A stretch of 64,000 nt of DNA from Setoptus koraiensis (taxonomy: Eukaryota > Animalia > Arthropoda). The stretch is taken from assembly GCA_048013815.1 (NCBI GenBank), contig CM106585.1:6138001-6202000 (forward strand). The letters run 5' to 3'. Positions within the stretch are counted from its first letter, which is position 1; each line of letters begins with the position of its first letter. Shown here piece by piece: positions 23,623 to 38,100 of this stretch. The position numbers and the translations under genes were made by a program. The notes beneath the pieces are model-generated. The model was not told where the DNA came from. It saw only the letters and a list, made by a program, of their open reading frames with translations, and did no database searches.

Positions 23623-24974
23623 AACAAAACAATCCCAGACGATGATATTTATAGACGGCAGCTTGTTGCAAACAAGGTCGCCCGCCAGCAAACGAGACTG
23701 GCCAAACGCACTGTTGTTGTGGGTGATTTGTTGCGCTGGCCGACAATGTGAGATATGCGAATGTAAGCCAAGGTCTCGCCGCATGCGTGCCAGTGTTGTG
23801 TCCAGTGGGTATCGCCGAGATGACGCAATATGCGAGCCACAAATACGCAAGCCACCAATATGCAGCATTCACAAATGTGCCCCAATGGCGCCGGCTAAGC
23901 TGAGCGGCAAGTTAATTGTCCCGGCCGAGCTGTCAGCCGCCTGCATCAGTTGCGAGCCAGTTACGTAATTGTGCCAGTTGCCTATGCCAGCGCATACCTG
24001 TGCACTTGTAGCCGGTTATGCAACGGCCGGGGCATCTCGCAAGTCTAATAATACACAGCAACAACAGCACCAACAGCAACGGCAGCAACAACGACCACAG
24101 CGACGACAACAACAACGAATAATAGGTTCATTCATCATCCATCATTAGCATTGTGCTGGTGGTGGCGGTGCGCGCAATTATCCGTGTTGCCCGGCAACGA
24201 GATGCGCCGGCGGTGCGCATGTGAACTTGCCGGCGCAAGCCGGCACGGGAGCAGCCAATTGAATGGAGCCGAGTGAACGGAGCCAAGTGAACGGAGCCAA
24301 GTGAACGGAGCCAATTGAACGGAGATTGGGTCGGCCGGCGAGCGGCCAATTAGCGACCGATCGCCTCCATTGCGAGCGAGTGCCGGCGATCGCCGGCGAT
24401 CGAGCCCCAAGGTAAAGTCGCGCGCGGCTCGCCGGCCGGCTTGTTATTGAACGGATGGCCGGCTAGCTGTTGAACGGATGGCCGGCTAGCTGTTGAATGG
24501 CTGGCTGGCTGGTTATTGAATGGATGGCTCGCCAATGAGCGATAATGGCGCCGGCTACCTGGCGCTCACGACGGCCGGCCGGCGGCAGCGGTCGCATTAT
24601 GCATAATTATCATGTAATAGTATCGCCGTATCCCGTGTGCGCCTAGCGTGCCGTCTGGGTGCCGGCTGCGCATCGCCCGGCATGTCGGCGGGCCATCGGC
24701 GACAGATCGCCCGGCAAACCCGACGACAGCCAGCCGATATGCCGACGACCGGCGCACGAAACAGACGGCTCATAGACTCCACGGCATCGACTCCACGGCA
24801 TAGACTCTATGGCATCGAGTCTCCGTGATGGAGGGCGCCGGCGAGCTCGCCGCGTAGACAGCGCAGAAAGCGGTCGCAGGCGCGCCACTTTTTGCGCCGC
24901 TTCGACCTAATGATACCAAGGCGAATAATCGGCCTCTGTCGCCGTCAATCTGTCGCTTGCGCGCCTCGCAACGG

Positions 24975-25190
24975 TCGCTCCGAGCTTCGGAATTCGGAAT
25001 TCGAATTTCGAACGTCAGAATTTTGAACGTTAGAATTTCGAACGCCAGAACTTCGATTTCGAACGTCAGAATTTCGATTTCGAACGTTAGAATTTCGCAA
25101 TTCGAATTGCGAATTGCCGACATTCGAACGCTCGAGCGTCTCATGTTGGAGCGTCGAGCGTCGCATGTTCGAGCGTCGAACGTCGCCGTA
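24975..25190. repeat. Degenerate TTCGAA/TCGA-rich palindromic repeat array
   Basis: Many ttcgaa, ttcgat, gaattc and tcgagcg units in an imperfect 7-21 bp periodic pattern. Confidence 0.8.
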
Positions 25191-26510
25191 AAGCGGCGCA
25201 TAGGCCACAGGCCGCAGATGCGGCGCATCGCGTGAATGAGCGCCGTGAATGGAGGCATAGCCACGAATGGAGCAGAAGAAGACATAATAAAGGCGAGGCA
25301 AAAAACTCAATTTTCCATAGTGAACACGGCATAAAAAGTTGCCTCCATTCGGCCTGATGGTTGGCCTGCGCCAGCGTCGGCAGCGCGGTCTGGCCGCTGT
25401 CGCCCATTGCTCTCGTTGGTCGCTTCTTCTTGTTGTCGGCGAGCCAGTTGGAGCCGCTCGCTGCGAACGCTTCTAAAGCTTCTAAGGCTTCTAAGGCTGC
25501 GACGCTTCGAACGCTTCGAATGGCTTGAACGCCTCGAACGCCTCGAACGCTTCGAGTGGCTTCTTCGGCGCAGCGCGAAGCCACTCGAAGCGCCCGATGC
25601 GAGCCAGCCCGAGGTGGCCGAAAAGCCGAGCCAGCGACACAAACAAATTGCTGGCCCTCGTTGGAGGTTACATGCAGCCGCTGCATACATGTAAAGTCGC
25701 TGCCTAGCCAGCTTGTTGCGGCCGCTCGGCAGCATTCTAATGTGGCTAATGGCCTAAAGTTGAACTCCTTCACTCTCGCTGGCCGCCGTTGCATGCGTCG
25801 TCCAATTGCGTTGCATGACGAATTAATGGCACCAACACCAACGGCTCATATGATCAGTTACGTAACTGCTGCTGCTGCTATTACCTGTTGCTGCTGGCTT
25901 GGCCTGTCGCTGTTGCTGTCGCTGTTACCTGTTGGCTGCTCTCACTGTCGCTGTCGCTGTTGGCTGCGGCGCGCCGAGCCAGTGCAGCCAACGAAGCCAA
26001 GTGCGACCATTAGCGGCGACTGGCCGCCACTCGCTGAGTCGGCCCAGTCGCTGGCAAGTCGCTGGGCATGCCGAGCTAATGTAATAGAGCCAGGCGTCGA
26101 ATTGGGTCGCAACACCGCAGCAGCAGCGCCAACCACGCCAACAGCAACAGCGACGCCAACAGCAACAGCGACAACAACAACAACAACAACAACAACAACA
26201 GCAACAGCGACGGCAACAACAACAACGACGACAGCAACAACAACAACAACAGCAGCAACAACAACAGCAGGTTTCGGCCAGCGCTGCTGCTGCTGTTGTC
26301 GTTGTTGTTGTTGCTGTTGTTGCTGCTGCTGCCCCGTCAGTTCCTCTGGCTTGCCAATGCTCCAGCGCCAGTCAGCTGGCCGTCGACTGGCAGTCGCGAG
26401 TTACGTAAGGCTCGGCGTGTTCACCGAACACAGTTAGCGAGACTCACTCTCACTGCTAAGTGCTCGCTTCACTGGCTCGCCGATGGCCACTAGCGCCCGC
26501 CTCGATTATC

Positions 26511-26580
26511 CGCGACTGCCCGCGACTGCCCGCGACTGCCCGCGACTACCCGCGACTGCCCGCGACTATCCGCGACTATC
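26511..26580. repeat. 10-bp minisatellite (cgcgactRYc) x7
   Basis: Direct reading. Confidence 0.9.
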
Positions 26581-27356
26581 GGCGGCTGTTCTGGGCGCAA
26601 CCGCTCGCCAGCGCCGAGCCGCTTAGCATGGCTGCTAACAGCAAAGCTGACACACCGAGAGGGGTCACAATTCACCTGTTGTCAAGATGAGCCGGCTGAG
26701 CCTGTTACCTGTTGGCTTGTGCGGCGTCTCCGCAGCCAGAGGTGGTGAGTTAACGAGAATGTGAGACGGCTTTTGTTTGTCGGTCGCTATGTTGTTGTCG
26801 TTGCTGCTGCTGTTGTTGCTGTTGCTGCTGTTGCTGCTGTTGTTGCTGTTGTTGTTGCTGCTGTCGTCGTTGTTGTTGTTGTTGCTGCTGTTGCGGCCAG
26901 CGCAGCGCTCGGAGGTGGCTAAAATCAACAGCTAAAAGTGAAAATAACTCAATAACTAAACTATAAACGATAACATCCAATTGGTGGCTAGCGCCAGCGT
27001 TTATATTGCAACTATTATTACGTATTATGTATGTATGTATGTATATTGTATGGTATTGGTTTGTATGTGTAGCAGTGAGACTTTGAGCCAGCTTGTCAGC
27101 TACAACACTAACCTGTGCCGCCCCCAATTGGCTTGCCGGCTTGCATAAGTGGCCATAAGAGCCATTGGTCTAGTCGATATACTGCATACTTGTGCCCGCA
27201 ACACAGGTGAGTCGAGGCACGACGACAAGTCTGAGCCAGCCAAACCATCGCTATTCATCGCTGCTTCATATCTGCTGGCATACGCTGTATGCTATATCCA
27301 TCGGGCCGGCCATCGGTATAGTGACGCGACGGCGTTTGCATTGACACGATTGAGAC

Positions 27357-27407
27357 AAAACGCAAGCAAAACGCAAGCAAAACGCAAGCAAAACGCAAGC
27401 AAAACGC
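27357..27407. repeat. 11-bp minisatellite (aaaacgcaagc) x4.5
   Basis: Direct reading. Confidence 0.9.
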
Positions 27408-30400
27408 TGTCCAACGTAATATTCCGACAGACTACTCGACAGTGCGTGCTGACAAAGGCAAATAGTTGAGTCTACGGGCACCACCGACAAGCATGACACA
27501 ATCATCAGCGATTGTGAATACTAATTAATCTCGGCTCGTTCAATCCAATTTCATTACGCAACGACAGCAACAACAACAACAACAGCAGCGACAACAACAG
27601 CAGCGACAACAACAACAATAACAACGACTCCAACAACCGCAGTAGTGACAACAACAACAACCACAGCGACAGAAACAGAAACAGACACAATAACAATCGT
27701 CGACAGTCAACTCTTTTCAGCTCTTTGGCCAATCATCGCCAGCTGACGCCAATCATAAAGCGTTTAATAACGGCCCACTCAATCAGTTGACTCGTGCATT
27801 TGTGTTTGTGTGCCCCAATCAAAAGATCAACAAAATTAATTAATTAATAGATTAATAATCAGCGCGTGAATCAAGCGCAAGCGTAATTACGTAACGCTTG
27901 CATACAGGAACAACAAGCTGCAACAAGCGACCAATAATCAATAATCAGTTATTACAAGCAACATTGGGTGAGTCTGACAAGAACAAAACAGTCGCGTTTG
28001 AACTGTTGCCATCGCCGTATCAATTATGTTGTCATGTCACTTGTGTTGCGATGCCCGTTATGTAATACGTGGGCACGACACACAGTCATCGCTCATCCCT
28101 GGGTATACCCAGTTGCGGTCCCATAATCAGCAATGATATCCGCCCAACTGGCCGTCCAACCGGCCGCCCAACTTACGCCGACCAGCCGGTCTAGCCAACC
28201 AAACTGGCACAACCGTCGCTGCTGTCGTGCCAGAGAGCCAGTCAGCATGTGCTGAGATTGCTGGATATTAATTGCACAAATTAATTAGCCAACATTTTGC
28301 TGACATTTGGTCAGGTTTGTCGCCCACTCCAGCACGCCAAACAAGCAATACCTACTACAATAAGTAATCGGCGTTACTAATCGCCGATTAGATAACGCTG
28401 GTCCGTCAGCTTGTGGCGTGGCAAACGTCAGCGGTACGTGTGGCCCCATGAAATGGCTCGCATTTTGAGGTATGGCCTCTATGAAGCCTCTATGAGCGGT
28501 CAGTGAATGCACGCTGACACCATCGGGCTGACAATTAGATGTAGTTAATGACAATTAGATCTAATTAAGCGACTACCAGCGAAAAACGCAGCGTGTTAAT
28601 CAACGTGTTTTGCAAATATTAGCGCGCTCAATTGTGGGCAAACCTTGGCAATGGGCGCGAGGTTCGCATTTTGATAATAATGACAATAATAGTGCGCATT
28701 TTGCCAACTATTATTGTCATTATCATCGTCATCCGGTTATTGGTGACACCAATTTAGTTCAATATCGACTCGCAATATTGAACGGAAATGGCGATTGTCT
28801 TTCATGTCGGGCAAGCGCTCTTCCGGTCAGCCAGTGTCCCGGTGAGCGGTGTGTCTCGTAGCTGATAATAATTGATAATAAGTTGGTAACGGCATGTGAA
28901 TGGCAGCGAGCCCAGCTCAGCACAAATTGGCTGACCAAGTTGTGAGTGCGAAAAGTCAACTAATGAACTCGCTGTTGTTAATTACAGACACAGATATAAT
29001 GTTTAGATATATAAACAAATATAAAAGGATACGACGCTCGTCGGACAGGCGCGTGAGAATTGGCGTCTAGACTCACAATTTGTGAGTCACAAAACAAAAC
29101 AAAACGAAAAATGTCGGACAAAAGTGACAAATGATCGCGTGCTCGACAGATCAACACAACAACTGTCTGGCTAGTCGTTGTTTAGATGCTGTGAACGACG
29201 CACGACGACATGGCGCGACGTGGAAACGCGGCGCCGTTTTCAGCTGTCAGTGGGACAGCTATTAATTATTATCACCATCGTTATTATTTATGCCCTGGTT
29301 CCCCTTGAACGATTTCAATAATAAGCGAATTCCAGCTCCAATTCGAGCTCAAATTCAAGCTCAAATTCGAGCTCCAATTCGAGCTCAAATAATTCCAAAT
29401 TATCGAGCAATTATTCGAGCCAGGCGACCGTTAATCATCGGTGGCGGCTCGCAGCGCGTGCCCGGTATTTATTACTGATTTATTATCAAGGCGCGAGGGT
29501 CAATTTGTTGTGAGCGCGAAGGACATCAATTAGAGCACCGTTGGCCACCATCACAAGTGCACCAATTGTTATCATTGGTCGCGATCGCTCGATTTCTGTC
29601 TCCCGCTTCGAGTGATCGCATTGAATCATCGCATTGAATTATCGCATTGAATTATCGCGCATCCCACTCGAATTGAATGCGGCCATACGGCTCGTATCGC
29701 TGGCAAGAGTCGGCTCGAATGATTTGGGCCACAGTATCGACACAAGCGCCGAGATAGCCCGTCGCGCTCGACAGCGACCAGCGGCGAGCATCAAGCCGAG
29801 AGCAACAGGTTGCCGGCCGCATCAATTCGATGGAGCTGACCGGCAACCTGTTGGGCGCCCCTGTTGGGTTGCACGACAACCCGACGGCATCTGTATCTGC
29901 CAGTTGCACTGGCCTCTTGCATGCAACGCTCGTTGTTGCGCAATGATAATAATGATAACAATAACAAGCGTTATGCAACCACTAACGAGCAGCAAGCGTT
30001 GGTCGGCCAACAACGACAATTACACAGCAACAACAACAACAACAACAATGTTGTTGTCCGTGTCTTGGCTGGCCTCGGTGTGTCGCTCGTGTGACGAGGC
30101 CATTCATGTCTGTGTCATGCGATGCACAATTGCATAATTGCGAATACGACTTTATAACTGTAAATGTTTACAAGCTCATCATCAGCGACACAATGGCTGG
30201 CCACTAAAATGAATAGATAATTAGATAAGTGTGAGCGTTGCCGCATCCCTTTTGCTGGCTCGCCGGCTCGCATCTAATTGATTAAGCGACTGTGCGAAGA
30301 AGCCGCTCGGCCGAATCAACGAAAGTAGTGTTATGACTGACTTGCAACAACCACCAACAACAGCCAACAACAACCAGCTACATTTGCCAGCAACAACCAC

Positions 30401-32154
30401 CAACAACCAGCTACAACCACCGACAACAGCCAACAACAACCAGCTACATTTGCCAGCAACAAGCGAACAAAATCAGTGGGAGTCGGGATGCATGTTTGGA
30501 TTGCGTTCGCGCCAGACTCGCTGCTCACACGCCTGGCAAACACAAACAATCTGGCGATCCGCAATCTGGCGGACATCACACAATTCACGTAACAAACAAC
30601 AATTATCTCAACCCAATCGAAAATGATAATTCGCCAGCCTCTCACGATCAAGTGAGCGAGCCAGTGTTGCAATTTCCAGCCAGCCAGTGTGTGTTCTTTC
30701 GAGCCGGCCGACTCGCTGGCCAGACTTTAAAAGAATGCAATATAATAGCGATACAATAGCGATATAATAGCGATATAATAGCAATGGATATACAATGACG
30801 GCGACAGGGCCGCCGGTGTGGCGCGAACAGCGCACGCCAGATCGCCACACTGTTCGCTGGCGATCAGCACAGTGCACAGAAACAAGTGCCTGTCGTACAG
30901 CCTGGCCGGTGGTCAGTGTGCGCAAAACTGTATGCGAGTTCACGGCGCATAACGACACACTTTTCGGGACGCCCTGTGTGCGCTGATCTCGCGCGCTTGT
31001 GCGCCACTTAGTCAGCGGCACAGTAACGGAGGCGTGATCGTTTGTGCGAATCATCAGGTTGTTCTCATTGCGAATTCTCGAACGCGAAACGAATAGCGAT
31101 ATTAGGCGATCTTGACACACAATTAGTCGATTTGTTTGCGTCACTTTTGCAAGCGAAACAAGTGCAAAAGTGTGCTGTTTTGCGAGTGAAACGAGCGCAA
31201 AAGTGAGCTTCGAATCATCATCGCCGCGCGATTTATTTATAACAACAATTTATGACACAAATAATGAGCCGTTATCCGAGACAGCGAGCGCTGATCTTGA
31301 GCCCGACAGTCCAATGACGGACGGCGAGCGAGCCGGGATAGTTGGGATCGTCGAGACAGATTTTCGTCGAGATTTGTAGTGTGAGAGTGACAATTTTAGT
31401 TGTTTTTAGGTGTGCATTGAGTGCAATTTGTGAAGCCAACCAACCGACTATTTGTGGCTGATTTATGGCCGCGACGCAAGTGACACGAACAACATTCTCC
31501 TATTTGATACACAACACAACACGATTCAAGATTTGATACAAGACGCAACACGTACAACAACGTTGCCAATGGGCAGCCACTGATCGCTTAATTAATTATT
31601 TACTGATACAAATTTGAACTATTCACCAAACACTATTTGCGTGGCAGCAGTTGCCAACAGCAACAGTATACAGGTACATTGGCGACGGGGCAAGTCATGT
31701 GTGGCCGAAGGAGCCGAGGACAACATTTCATATTTGTCGATATTGTCGGTCGTGCAGCGATTGAATAATCTTGCCCAACACAAACGCCAAATCGCAGCGC
31801 CCAATCCGTCAGATGGATGTGGTCAGTTGTGTCGATGTTAGCAGTTGCAGCCAACACAACCCGTTGAGAGTCAGATCGATGTCGACTTGTGTCATTGGCG
31901 AGCGCAAATGTGACCCAATTAATTGTGACCACTGTTCACAAGTGCAAGAGTGTACAGATACAACAACGACGACACTTTACGTAACTATGATGCCAAAGAC
32001 AGCGCGCGAACAAACAATCAAGCACCACGACCGGTCGTCAACACAAACACAACGACCTAATAATACTAATAGCAATAGCAACATGCAACTAACGCGATTA
32101 CATCATCCGAAACAGCACCTAAATCATATTATCACAGCAACCAGCCAACAAAAG

Positions 32155-35100
32155 ATGAGGCCAGCGTCGCTTGCGGGCCTCCTGGCAAGCGCGGCCATTG
32201 TGCTCGGCACGACACTATTGTTATTGCAAACCTCACCTGTCACATGTGATTCAACCAGCAGCAACCTAATTAGCAGCGCCAACTATCAGCAGCAGCCACA
32301 AAACACAAACAGCAACAACAACAACAACAACAGCAACAGTCCCACTTCCCTGAGCCCAACATCGCTGGCAGCGACGTCGCTCATGACGGCAACTTCGCCG
32401 CCAGCAACAACACTCATGACGGCGACATCTCCGTCGCCGGCCAGCACTAATTCGCTTGTGACAGACGCCACACTGACCACTCTGTCCAGGGCCAACAACT
32501 CAGATCACCTGTCGCAGCAACAGCAACAACCGACGGCCACAACCGAAGCGTCCAGCACGGGCGAATCTAGCGCCGCCACCACGCAAATGCCCAGCTCGTT
32601 GGCGGCCTCGTCGACGGTGTCGCTGACCACAGCGGCGCCCGGCAGCGTTGCCGACCAATCAATGCCGGCCACCACAATGATGAACAATGTCAACTATCAG
32701 CAATTGTTTCAATACACATCCGCCGCCCAATCGCGATCGTCCGGCCCGTCTCCGCCCCAGCAACCGGCAACCGTGGGCGCCGCCAAGCAGGTGCCCGTGA
32801 CACAGCCAGGCACCAGGCCGGCTAGCGCAACGGAAGCGGCCCATGCAGCGTCGGTGCAAGGCAAATTGGCTGGCGCATCGTCCGGGCAGGGCGGATTGGC
32901 TGGCGCACCGGAAGCTGGCGTGATGCAGCCCAGTGGTGCAGTGGTGAGCGCCAAAATAAGCCAGGGCGAGCTGATGCAAATGTCCGAATCGACTCTGTTG
33001 GAGGGCGACCTGGTGCATTTGTTTGGCGCCAACGGGCCCCAAACGGACCAGCAAGCGGCCGGCGGCCAGAATCATGAGCAGCAGCAGCATCATCAGGCGG
33101 ACAGCGGCGGCAATTCCGACGAGTCGGCACCGCTCGACTCTACGAAGCTCGTTTCGCGGCACGGACGCGCCTCGTTCACCTCGTACAACAGGCACCAGTC
33201 CCAGAATCACATTCATCAGCAGCAGCAGCAACAAAAGCAGCAAGATCCCTACATTGTCTGCTATTTGGGCTCGTGGAGCACCTACCGGCCCGGTTTGGCC
33301 AAGTTCACGCCGGAGAACATCGATCCGTTCTTGTGTACGCACATCATATATGCGTTTGCCACATTGAGCAGCAAGTACGAGCTAAAATCTCACGACCCCT
33401 ACAATGACGTAACGCAGGGCGGCTACAAGAAATTCACCTCATTAAAGGACTACAACAAACAATTGAAGACACTGATTGCAGTGGGCGGCTGGAACGAGGG
33501 CAGCGCCAGGTGAGTCGCTAGTGGCAATGTTTTTGCTCGGGCAAACGCTTTGCGACCGACCGAGGCAAACGCTGAAAACACTAAAACACTAAAAACACTA
33601 AAAACTCTGAAAAGCTTGCCGTTCTCAAACTCACCTTATCGTCGTATGATCGAAACAACTCTCTCCAACGCAGATTCTCGAAGCTGGTGGCCTCGCCAGA
33701 GATGCGCTCCACTTTCATCGCGAGCACCATCAGATTTCTGAGACAGAATCGCTTCGACGGGCTCGATCTGGATTGGGAGTACCCGGCCTTCAGAGAGGGC
33801 AGCCACTCGGACGACAAGGCTAATTACGCCCAGCTGATAAAGGTGAGCGAGCCGGGCCACTCAAGCGAATAGCGGCCACTGGCCAGCTGACGAGCCGTCA
33901 AACAATTCGCTTCGAACCATTACTTAATGATTCTCGTACTAATTATTATCGCTACTATTATCTTTGCATCATCGCATTATATCATGTTATTATATCATGC
34001 TATTATATCATGTTATTATATCGCGTCATCCATCGCTGTCGGCTCACCGTAGGAAATGAGGCAGGCGTTCGACAAGGAGAAGGACATTTCGGGCGGCCTG
34101 CCCAGGCTGCTGCTGTCCATAGCCGTGCCCGCGGGCCAGGACAACATCGACAACGGTTTCGATGTGGCGTCCATCTCCAGGTGAGTACACAAAATACACC
34201 ATGGCTTCGGCGCCCCATTCTGGCAATAATTGACACCACAACCAATCGACTCGCGCTAATCAATCCCTTTTATCCGGCCATTGGGCCACCTAAACCCCTC
34301 ACACCACAACCAACTAAACGGACAACAATCAATGGACAATGACGCAATATTTAATTGACGATAATCAGCAATGTCGACTTTATGAATGTGCTCACCTATG
34401 ATTATTACACCGCCTACGACAAACAAACTAATCACCACGCTCCGTTGCGTCAGCGCCCGGGACCGTCCAGTTTGGGCGTTTATGATCCGGCCCGAAAGCT
34501 AAACGTTGAGTGGACCATTAATTACTATGTAGAACTTGGTGCGGATCCGGCCAAATTGGTGGTGGGCGTGCCCACGTACGGTAGATCGTACACACTTGTG
34601 GAACCCGTCACCGACGAACAACAAGAGGAGGCCGGTTTGGGGGCGCGCGCGGACAAGGCCGGCGACGCCGGGCCGGCAACACGCGAAAACGGATATCTCG
34701 CTTACTACGAGATCTGCCAAAAGGTAGACCAAGAGGACTGGCTCAAGAGCGGCCTCAACTACAAAGATTATCACGGGCCCGTGGCGTACAAGGGCAACCA
34801 GTGGGTGTCGTATGACGATCTGGACTCGGTCATCATGAAGACCAATTATGTGCTTAAAAACAAACTTGGCGGAGTCATGGTGTGGACACTGGACAACGAC
34901 GACTTTCGTGGTTCGTGCCCGAGCTCAAAAAACAAACAAAATCCGCTTATAACGGCAATTCGTGATACCATTATAGTGGCGGTGACCGGCCAAGCGCCCG
35001 TTGCCACCACCACGAGCACCACCACCACCACCACAACAACAACAACAACAACCACTACTACAACACCGGCGCCACCTAGTAGCGAGTCGTCATCGACGAG

Positions 35101-38100
35101 TATGGAGGCCAATTCGCAATCGACCGCCGAATCTAGTCAGAGTCTCATACGCAATTTAGCTGCGGGCATTCAAGCGGGACCCACAACGCCCGATCCGGGC
35201 GTCGCATTTGAATGCCGAGACGAGGGATTCTTTCCCAATCCAAAAGATTGCAAAAAATACTTCTGGTGCCTGGACAGCGGACCGGCCAATTTGGGCATTG
35301 TGGCGCACGCTTTCACCTGTCCCTCTGGGCTGTTTTTCAACACCCAAACAGAGGGTTGCGACTATCCCGACAAGGTCTCTTGCAGACAAAAGTCCTCGAG
35401 CAGCGCCACTACCACAACCACAAGCACCACCACAACGCCAAGACCGGCGCCCCAAGCTGCTGCGTCGTCGTCGTCGTCGTATGATCGCGACGCGTCGCCA
35501 TCTATCCCTGTGAGAAAGAAGCCCGATCACAGACTTAAGAGCAAGACAACCACAACTACCACCACCACAACGCCGCCACCGCCGCCAACAACCACAACTA
35601 CAACCACCACTGTGGCGCCCACAACAACCATGCAACCTGGCGCTGTTTTGCCCATCACGAACGACATTAACGAGCTTGTGGCGAGCATGCTGCAAAATCC
35701 CCATTTTGCCAATGTAATAGCCAAACAATTGGGCGTCAGTGCGCCAAATTTACAAAATCATTTGGCCGATCAGTCAATGACGGATCAGACCGGATCACAG
35801 GCGAGCGTTGGACAATTCAGCTCGGCGGGCAGCAACTCCAATTTGGGCGGCCAGGCCAGCCAGGGTCAGCCTCAACAAAACAGTCAAACTCAAGATTTGT
35901 TGCAACTGTTGAACTTGATTCAATCGCTAGGTGGAGTCGAGAAGATAGCGCCCTATCTGACCAATCCACAATTGCAACAGCAACAACAACAGCAACATCA
36001 ACAGCAACAGCAGCAGCAGCAGCATCAGTCGCATTCAAATGACAATTTAAATAATAATGAATACAATTTGATAGCCGCTGCAAATCAACTGTTACGCAAC
36101 GAGTCTCTATCGACGGCCACCATATCACCGCAGGAGCAACTGCAATACAACAATCAGCAAAACGGCAACAACCAACAGGTCAGAACACAGAGACGACCCC
36201 AACAAATTGAGGGCGGCGGCGCAATATTGGACGATGGCTCAACGAAGGAACCGTTTGTTTTCAATTACAACCAACCGCCGGCCACCAATCAACGGCTCAC
36301 TAGCGCTGCCGGCGGCAATCAAATGCAGCACCTCAACGAGGCGCTAGATATACAAAAGAGCGTCAATCAATTGCAGGGTCTAGTGTCCGCCCAGGATCCG
36401 CTCATTGGCTCGTCGGGCAATCAAAACGTGAATCAGTTGGTGACAAATCAGAACGACGCCGCGCCGGACACCACAAACAATCCTACTCAGTTGAGTCATG
36501 AGATTATGCAAAATTTGGCCCAATTGGAGTCTCTGTTTGCCTACAATCAGCCCGGCCGAGTGGCGGGCCAAGCCAACAGCCAGCAGCCATTGGTGGCGCC
36601 CGTTCCGCCGACGTCGCCCATGTTGCCCGAGGCCGTCAACGATCTGCCCCCCTTGCCCCAATCGGTGGCCAGCTTCAGCAACAACCATCATCAGTCTGTA
36701 TTCAGCAACAACAACAACAACGATCTTGTGAACGGACAACAATTGAATGGCAACAACCAACCTGTTATACGTGTCAGAGTTCCGCAGCGATCCAATCAGG
36801 TGATTAAAAAACAACAGCCATCTATGCAATCTGCAGCACAACAGCCGCCTGTCAATAGGCAACAATTGGCGAGGCAGCAACAGCGAGAACCAGTGGCCAT
36901 TTTGTCGCCCTTCATAGAGTCAACTCGACAGGGAAGTCAGAGGATAAACAACAACAACAACAACAATCAGGCAGGGGCCTCCAACAACCGCGCCAGACAG
37001 CCTCAAAAACAGCAGCAGTTGCAGCCACAGTTCAACAGCAATTTCAATGCCGACCAAAACACATTCAATGCTAATGATGCCATAGCATCGTCGAGCTTCC
37101 AGGGTCAGCCCAATCAATTCAATCACAATCACCATTTGGATCAACTGAGGGGCCAACCGCAAGGAGCTAGACGAGCAGTGAATCAGCCACAACAATTACA
37201 AACAGTGCCAACAGCGACTTTGGGCGTCGCAAATCTACAACAGCAACAACAACAACAACAGGCTCCATCTCAGAGGCGCCGACCACCAAACAGGGCGCAC
37301 AGGGTCCCATCGTCCAGTGGGTCCAGCTCAAGCCATGCGCAGGCTCGAAATTTGGTGCTATTATCGCCCGGGCCCCCCCAACAACCAATAACAACATCCA
37401 CGTCGACCGCTGCCTCATCGTTGGCCGCCACAAACACGCAATGGTCGTTGCCGGCGCAAAGTGTGGGCTCCTTTAGTCCGAGTAACACTAACCAGGCCGT
37501 CGATACCACCACTAGATCGGGCATTGTTGACGAGAGCTTAGCCGACAAAGAAATAGAGGCCAAATTGCGACTATTAGAAAATGATTACTATACATCGTCG
37601 ACAAATCCCAGTTCAGATCAGCCAAGCACAACTACATTACGCCATCATCAAACAAATGATTTCTCTTCAACAGACTCCTCTAATCCTTTCACTTTAGCCT
37701 CGATTGGATTATCCACGCAAACGCAACAACAGCCTGCCAGCAGCAGACAGCAATCAGTGGCACTGCCAGTAAAGCCCAGTCAATCAACGGTCAGTAGTGT
37801 TCAGTCAAGTCAGACAAGAGTGGGCCAAAATATGAGAAAGCAGCCAACACCAATCAGAGATCAATCATTTGACAACGATCAGGATAGTCGCGATGCAAAC
37901 ATTAGTTTAAATGGGGGCCAGGACGAAGACGAATCACCCTCAAATGTTCCCTCGTCGACCTCCGCCTCTACTAGCCAAGTGTCCACTTCCTCTTCAATTT
38001 CCTCGTCATCGTTTGGGCCAACATCTGAGGCCTCGTTGCTGGCCTCGCTGGACAACACGGGCCCGGGTGTTGTGGTAGATCCATCGAGTGGCAAATTGAC

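Noticed and set aside
24975-25190. Heat-shock element cluster
   Set aside because: GAA/TTC spacing is 0-1 nt, not the 2 nt of nGAAnnTTCn.
31771-32154. N-terminal extension of the chitinase ORF from 31771
   Set aside because: TTG start; the signal peptide begins at ATG 32155. Upstream in-frame ATGs cannot be fully excluded.
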